Shown: in pieces, positions 60,945 through 64,000 of the stretch
Numbering within the stretch: the first letter of the stretch is position 1
How the letters are laid out: each line of letters begins with the position of its first letter
Assembly: GCA_963730185.1 (NCBI GenBank)
Contig: CAVSQW010000008.1
Location: 512,001 to 576,000 of the forward strand
Direction: 5' to 3'
Source of the DNA: an uncultured Gemmatimonadales bacterium
GTDB lineage: Bacteria; Gemmatimonadota; Gemmatimonadetes; Gemmatimonadales; GWC2-71-9
DNA: 64,000 nt
Translations under genes and position numbers: made by a program
Notes under the pieces: model-generated
What the model was told of the DNA's origin: nothing
The model's database searches: none
The model's input: only the letters and a program-made list of their open reading frames with translations

Positions 60945-62689
60945 CGGGCGGGCGCCGCTGGCTGGGGGTGCTGCTGCTGGCGCTGGTGGGCGGGATCGGC
61001 TCCGCTCGAGCGCAGCAACCGGCGTCGCGCACCCGGGGTGGGCGGGCCTTCGAGCTGGAGCGGCGGGGGCAGCACGCCGAGGCGGTGCCGCTCTACCGGG
61101 CCATGCTGGCGGACCAGCCGGGCGACATTGCCGCGCTGCTGGGTCTGGAACGGAGCCTGGGTGCCCTGAACCGGCTGAGCGAGCTGCTCCCCGACCTCCG
61201 CTCGGCGCTGGCCGCGGGCGAGCCCTCGGCACCGCTCTGCGGGATCGCGGTCCGGGTCTATACCGCGACCCACCAGCCGCCGGACAGCATCCGGGCGGTG
61301 GTGGACCGATGGGCCCAGGTCGAGCCGGGCTCGGAGTCGCCCTATCAGGAATGGGGGGCCGCGGCGCTCGCGACCCGCGACCTGGCGATGGCCAAGGCCG
61401 CCTATCTCCTCGGTCGGCAGCGGCTCGGCGGCGACGTCCTGGCCGGGGAGCTGGCGCAGGTGGCGACCATCGACGGCGATTACGACACCGCCGTCAAGGA
61501 ATGGATGACCGCGATCGCCACGGTGCCGGGATACCGGGGCGCGGCGGCCTCGATGCTGGGGCAAATTCCCGCCCCGGCACGGCCGGGGGTGCTCCGGCTG
61601 CTGGAGGAGCGGCGGTCCCCGGCCGGTGAGCGGGTCGGGGCGACCCTGGCCATCCGCTGGGGCGACCCGGTGGGCGGGATCCGCCGGATCGAGCGCGCCC
61701 TCCCGATCCTCGGCGACGAGACGGTCGACGCGCTGCAGGAAGCGCTCGACGAGCTTCGGCTCCAGTCCGGGCCGGACGCGCCGATGGCCCGGGGCATCGC
61801 GCTCGAGCTCCTGGGCCAGCAGGTGCCCCAACAGGCCTCGCGCTACTGGCTGGAAGCCGCCCGGGCCTACGCCGACGCCGGCGACCAGCGGTCGGCCCGC
61901 CGGATGCTGGGCCAGCTGGCGGGGAATGCCAAAGCGTCGCCGGCCCTCGCGGCCTCGGCGACCTCGACGCTGGTGTCGGTGCTGGTGGGCGAGGGTAAAA
62001 TGGACGAGGCCAGCCGCCAGTTCGAGCAGCTGAAGGGGGCGCTGACCGAGGAAGACCGCCAGGCATTGGCGCACAAGCTGAGCGGCGGGTGGATCGACCA
62101 GGGCAATCTGGAGCGGGCCGCGGCCCTGGTCGCGACTGACAGCACGGTCGAAGGGCTCGCCCTCCGGGGCTGGATCCAGCTCTATCTGGGTCACCTGGGA
62201 TCGGCCTCCGACCTGTTCCGGAGCGCCGGGCCCTACGCCGGCGAGCGTGCCTCGGCCGTCTCGCGCACCAAGGCGTTGGCCATCCTTCAGGTGATCGACC
62301 GGGACAGCCTGCCCGAGCTCGGCCGGGCGCTGCTGGGCCTGGTCACCCGGGACAGCGCCGGCGCCGCCGACCGGCTGGAAGCCGTGGCGGGCAGCCTGGC
62401 GCCCGATCGGGGCGGGGCGGAGGTGTTGCTCCTGGCGGGGCGGGTGCGGCTCGGGTTAGGAGACGCGCCCCGGGCCGATTCGCTCTTCGCGGCGGTGGCC
62501 GCCATGAAGGTGCCCGCCAGCGCCGCCGAGGCCGAGCTGGAGCGGGCCCGGATCCTGGCGTCGGGCGCGCGGAAGCCCGAGGCCATCGCCCTGCTGGAGC
62601 ATCTGATCGTGAGCTATCCCGCCAGCGCGGTGGCCCCGCAGGCCCGCCGCCTCCTCGACCAGGTCCGCGGCGCGGTGCCTCCCTCATGA
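60941..62689 (+). CDS. Exported tetratricopeptide repeat protein
   Basis: Signal peptide (ARAQ), helical Ala/Leu repeats, terminal L...YP.S..A..AR. Confidence 0.75.
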   Translation: MTGGRRWLGVLLLALVGGIGSARAQQPASRTRGGRAFELERRGQHAEAVPLYRAMLADQPGDIAALLGLERSLGALNRLSELLPDLRSALAAGEPSAPLCGIAVRVYTATHQPPDSIRAVVDRWAQVEPGSESPYQEWGAAALATRDLAMAKAAYLLGRQRLGGDVLAGELAQVATIDGDYDTAVKEWMTAIATVPGYRGAAASMLGQIPAPARPGVLRLLEERRSPAGERVGATLAIRWGDPVGGIRRIERALPILGDETVDALQEALDELRLQSGPDAPMARGIALELLGQQVPQQASRYWLEAARAYADAGDQRSARRMLGQLAGNAKASPALAASATSTLVSVLVGEGKMDEASRQFEQLKGALTEEDRQALAHKLSGGWIDQGNLERAAALVATDSTVEGLALRGWIQLYLGHLGSASDLFRSAGPYAGERASAVSRTKALAILQVIDRDSLPELGRALLGLVTRDSAGAADRLEAVAGSLAPDRGGAEVLLLAGRVRLGLGDAPRADSLFAAVAAMKVPASAAEAELERARILASGARKPEAIALLEHLIVSYPASAVAPQARRLLDQVRGAVPPS

Positions 62690-63977
62690 AGCGACGAGAC
62701 TTCGTTCGGCTCTCGAGCGCGACCCTGGCGGGGCTGTCGCTCCCCCGGGTGGCGATCCGAACCCGCCGCCTGGCGGATTTCTTCCTGGTGCCGATGGACG
62801 AGGCCCAGGCCGACCACCTCAAGGCCTACGGGCTGGCCTATCGGGTGCTGCAGCGGGGCGGCAAGGGCGAGTGGTTCCTCAACTACCGGAGCGGCTCGTT
62901 CCTCCTGCCGGGCGACGCCACGACCGCGCGGGACGCGGCCCTCAGCGGGGTGACGGTGATCCCCACGGACGCCGCCAGCGTCGACGGCGTCCGCGGTCTG
63001 ATCCGGCAGGGCAACATGGACGCCGTGCCGCTCGAGAAGGCGCCCAAGGTGGCGGTTTACGCTCCGCCCAACGCGGCGCCCTGGGACGACGCCGTGACCA
63101 TGGCCCTCCAGTACGCCGGGGTGGAGTTCGACAAGATCTGGGACGAGGAGGTCTTGACCGAAAAGCTCCGGACCTACGATTGGCTCCACCTGCACCACGA
63201 GGACTTCACCGGGCAGTACTCGAAGTTCTTCCTCAACTACAACGGGGCGCCCTGGTTGGTGGAGATGGTGGACCGGAACGAGCGGATGGCCCGGAAGATG
63301 GGCTTTCACGACGTGCCGGCCGAGAAGCGGGCGGTGGCGCACGGGATCCAGCATTTCGTGGAACGAGGCGGGTTCCTCTTCGCGATGTGTACCGCGACCG
63401 AGACGATCGACCTGGCCCTCGCCAGCGACGGGGTGGACATCGCGGCGAGCTTCGCCGACGGGACCCCGATGGATCCCGACGCCGCCGACCAAGATGCATT
63501 GGGATCAGGCCTTCGCCTTCCAGAACGCCCGGCTGGAGCAGAGTCCCTCGCTGGCCCTCTTCTCCGACATCGACGGCCACCAGGTCAACTCGCCCGACCG
63601 GCGGCAGCCGCTCGGCACCTACACCCTGTTCAACTTCAGCGCGAAGATCGATCCGGTGCGCGACGATGCTGGTCCAGAACCACCGGCAGGTGATCCCCGA
63701 CTTCTACGGGCTCACCACCTCCTTCATGCGGAACCGGATCAAGCCGGGGGTGATCGTGCTGGGCGACGAGCCGGGCGCGCCCTGGGCCAAGTACCTCCAC
63801 GGCGAGCGGGGCGAGGGGACCTGGACCTTCTTCGGCGGCCACGATCCCGAGGATCCGCAGCATCAGATCGGCGACGCCCCGACGGATCTCTCGCTCCATC
63901 CGCATTCGCCGGGCTATCGGCTCATTCTCAACAACGTGCTCTTTCCGGCGGCGAAGAAGAAGGAGCTCAAGACCTGA
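62686..63977 (+). CDS. Tat-exported class I GATase-like protein (family often labelled asparagine synthetase B), two frameshifts
   Basis: MKRRDFVRL Tat motif; PMD..Q..HLKAYG, PWDDAVT, DWLHLHHEDFTGQY, GGFLFAMC, GGHDPED, GYRLILNN.LFPAA. Confidence 0.75.
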
Positions 63978-63980
63978 GCA

Positions 63981-64000
63981 GGGGCGCCTTTTTTCGCCCC
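63981..64000. terminator. Hairpin after the last gene
   Basis: GGGGCG-CCTTTTTT-CGCCCC at the window edge. Confidence 0.35.

Noticed and set aside
62686..63977. Calling this gene asnB
   Set aside because: No N-terminal Ntn Cys or SGGLDS synthetase motif, and it carries a Tat signal.

Overview
GC-rich bacterial chromosomal window, very densely coding and mostly core genome. Gene content and synteny suggest Gemmatimonadota (inference only). It holds about 60 CDS and one tRNA-Gln(UUG). Recognisable blocks: tonB-pxpA-pxpB; a MarR unit with a long palindromic operator; arfB/larE-thpR; an NtrC-type regulator, aldehyde dehydrogenase, a short sigma-70, yajQ, SpoIID, an oxidoreductase and an Lnb/DUF4105 protein; rpmE-prfA-prmC-ylbF-tmk-S41; a long minus-strand run rpsF-rpsR-DUF2232-rplI-FakA/B fusion-rsfS-(peptidase/TolB/Omp85 fusion)-SPOR-smc-aroF-lolA; prs-rplY-pth-hppA-ychF; tricorn and M20 peptidases; pdxJ-Hpt-like-UPF0104-ispE-tRNA; mce; and trxA-rsmI-DUF4159-DUF4175-like-TPR-GATase-like. 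Many genes, including essential prfA and ispE, carry clustered 1-nt indels that are almost certainly sequencing or consensus errors. I saw no CRISPR array, integrase, transposase or rRNA. Best candidates for undescribed biology: two tandem exported TonB plug-like proteins with no barrel, a CtpA-like S41 protein with both catalytic residues replaced, a His-less multi-Hpt protein with a repeated VV(P/D)IE(S/T)L motif, a metallopeptidase-propeller-Omp85 fusion coupled to a SPOR lipoprotein, and a four-gene exported DUF4159/coiled-coil/TPR/GATase-like module. All family calls come from motif recognition by eye, not from database searches.
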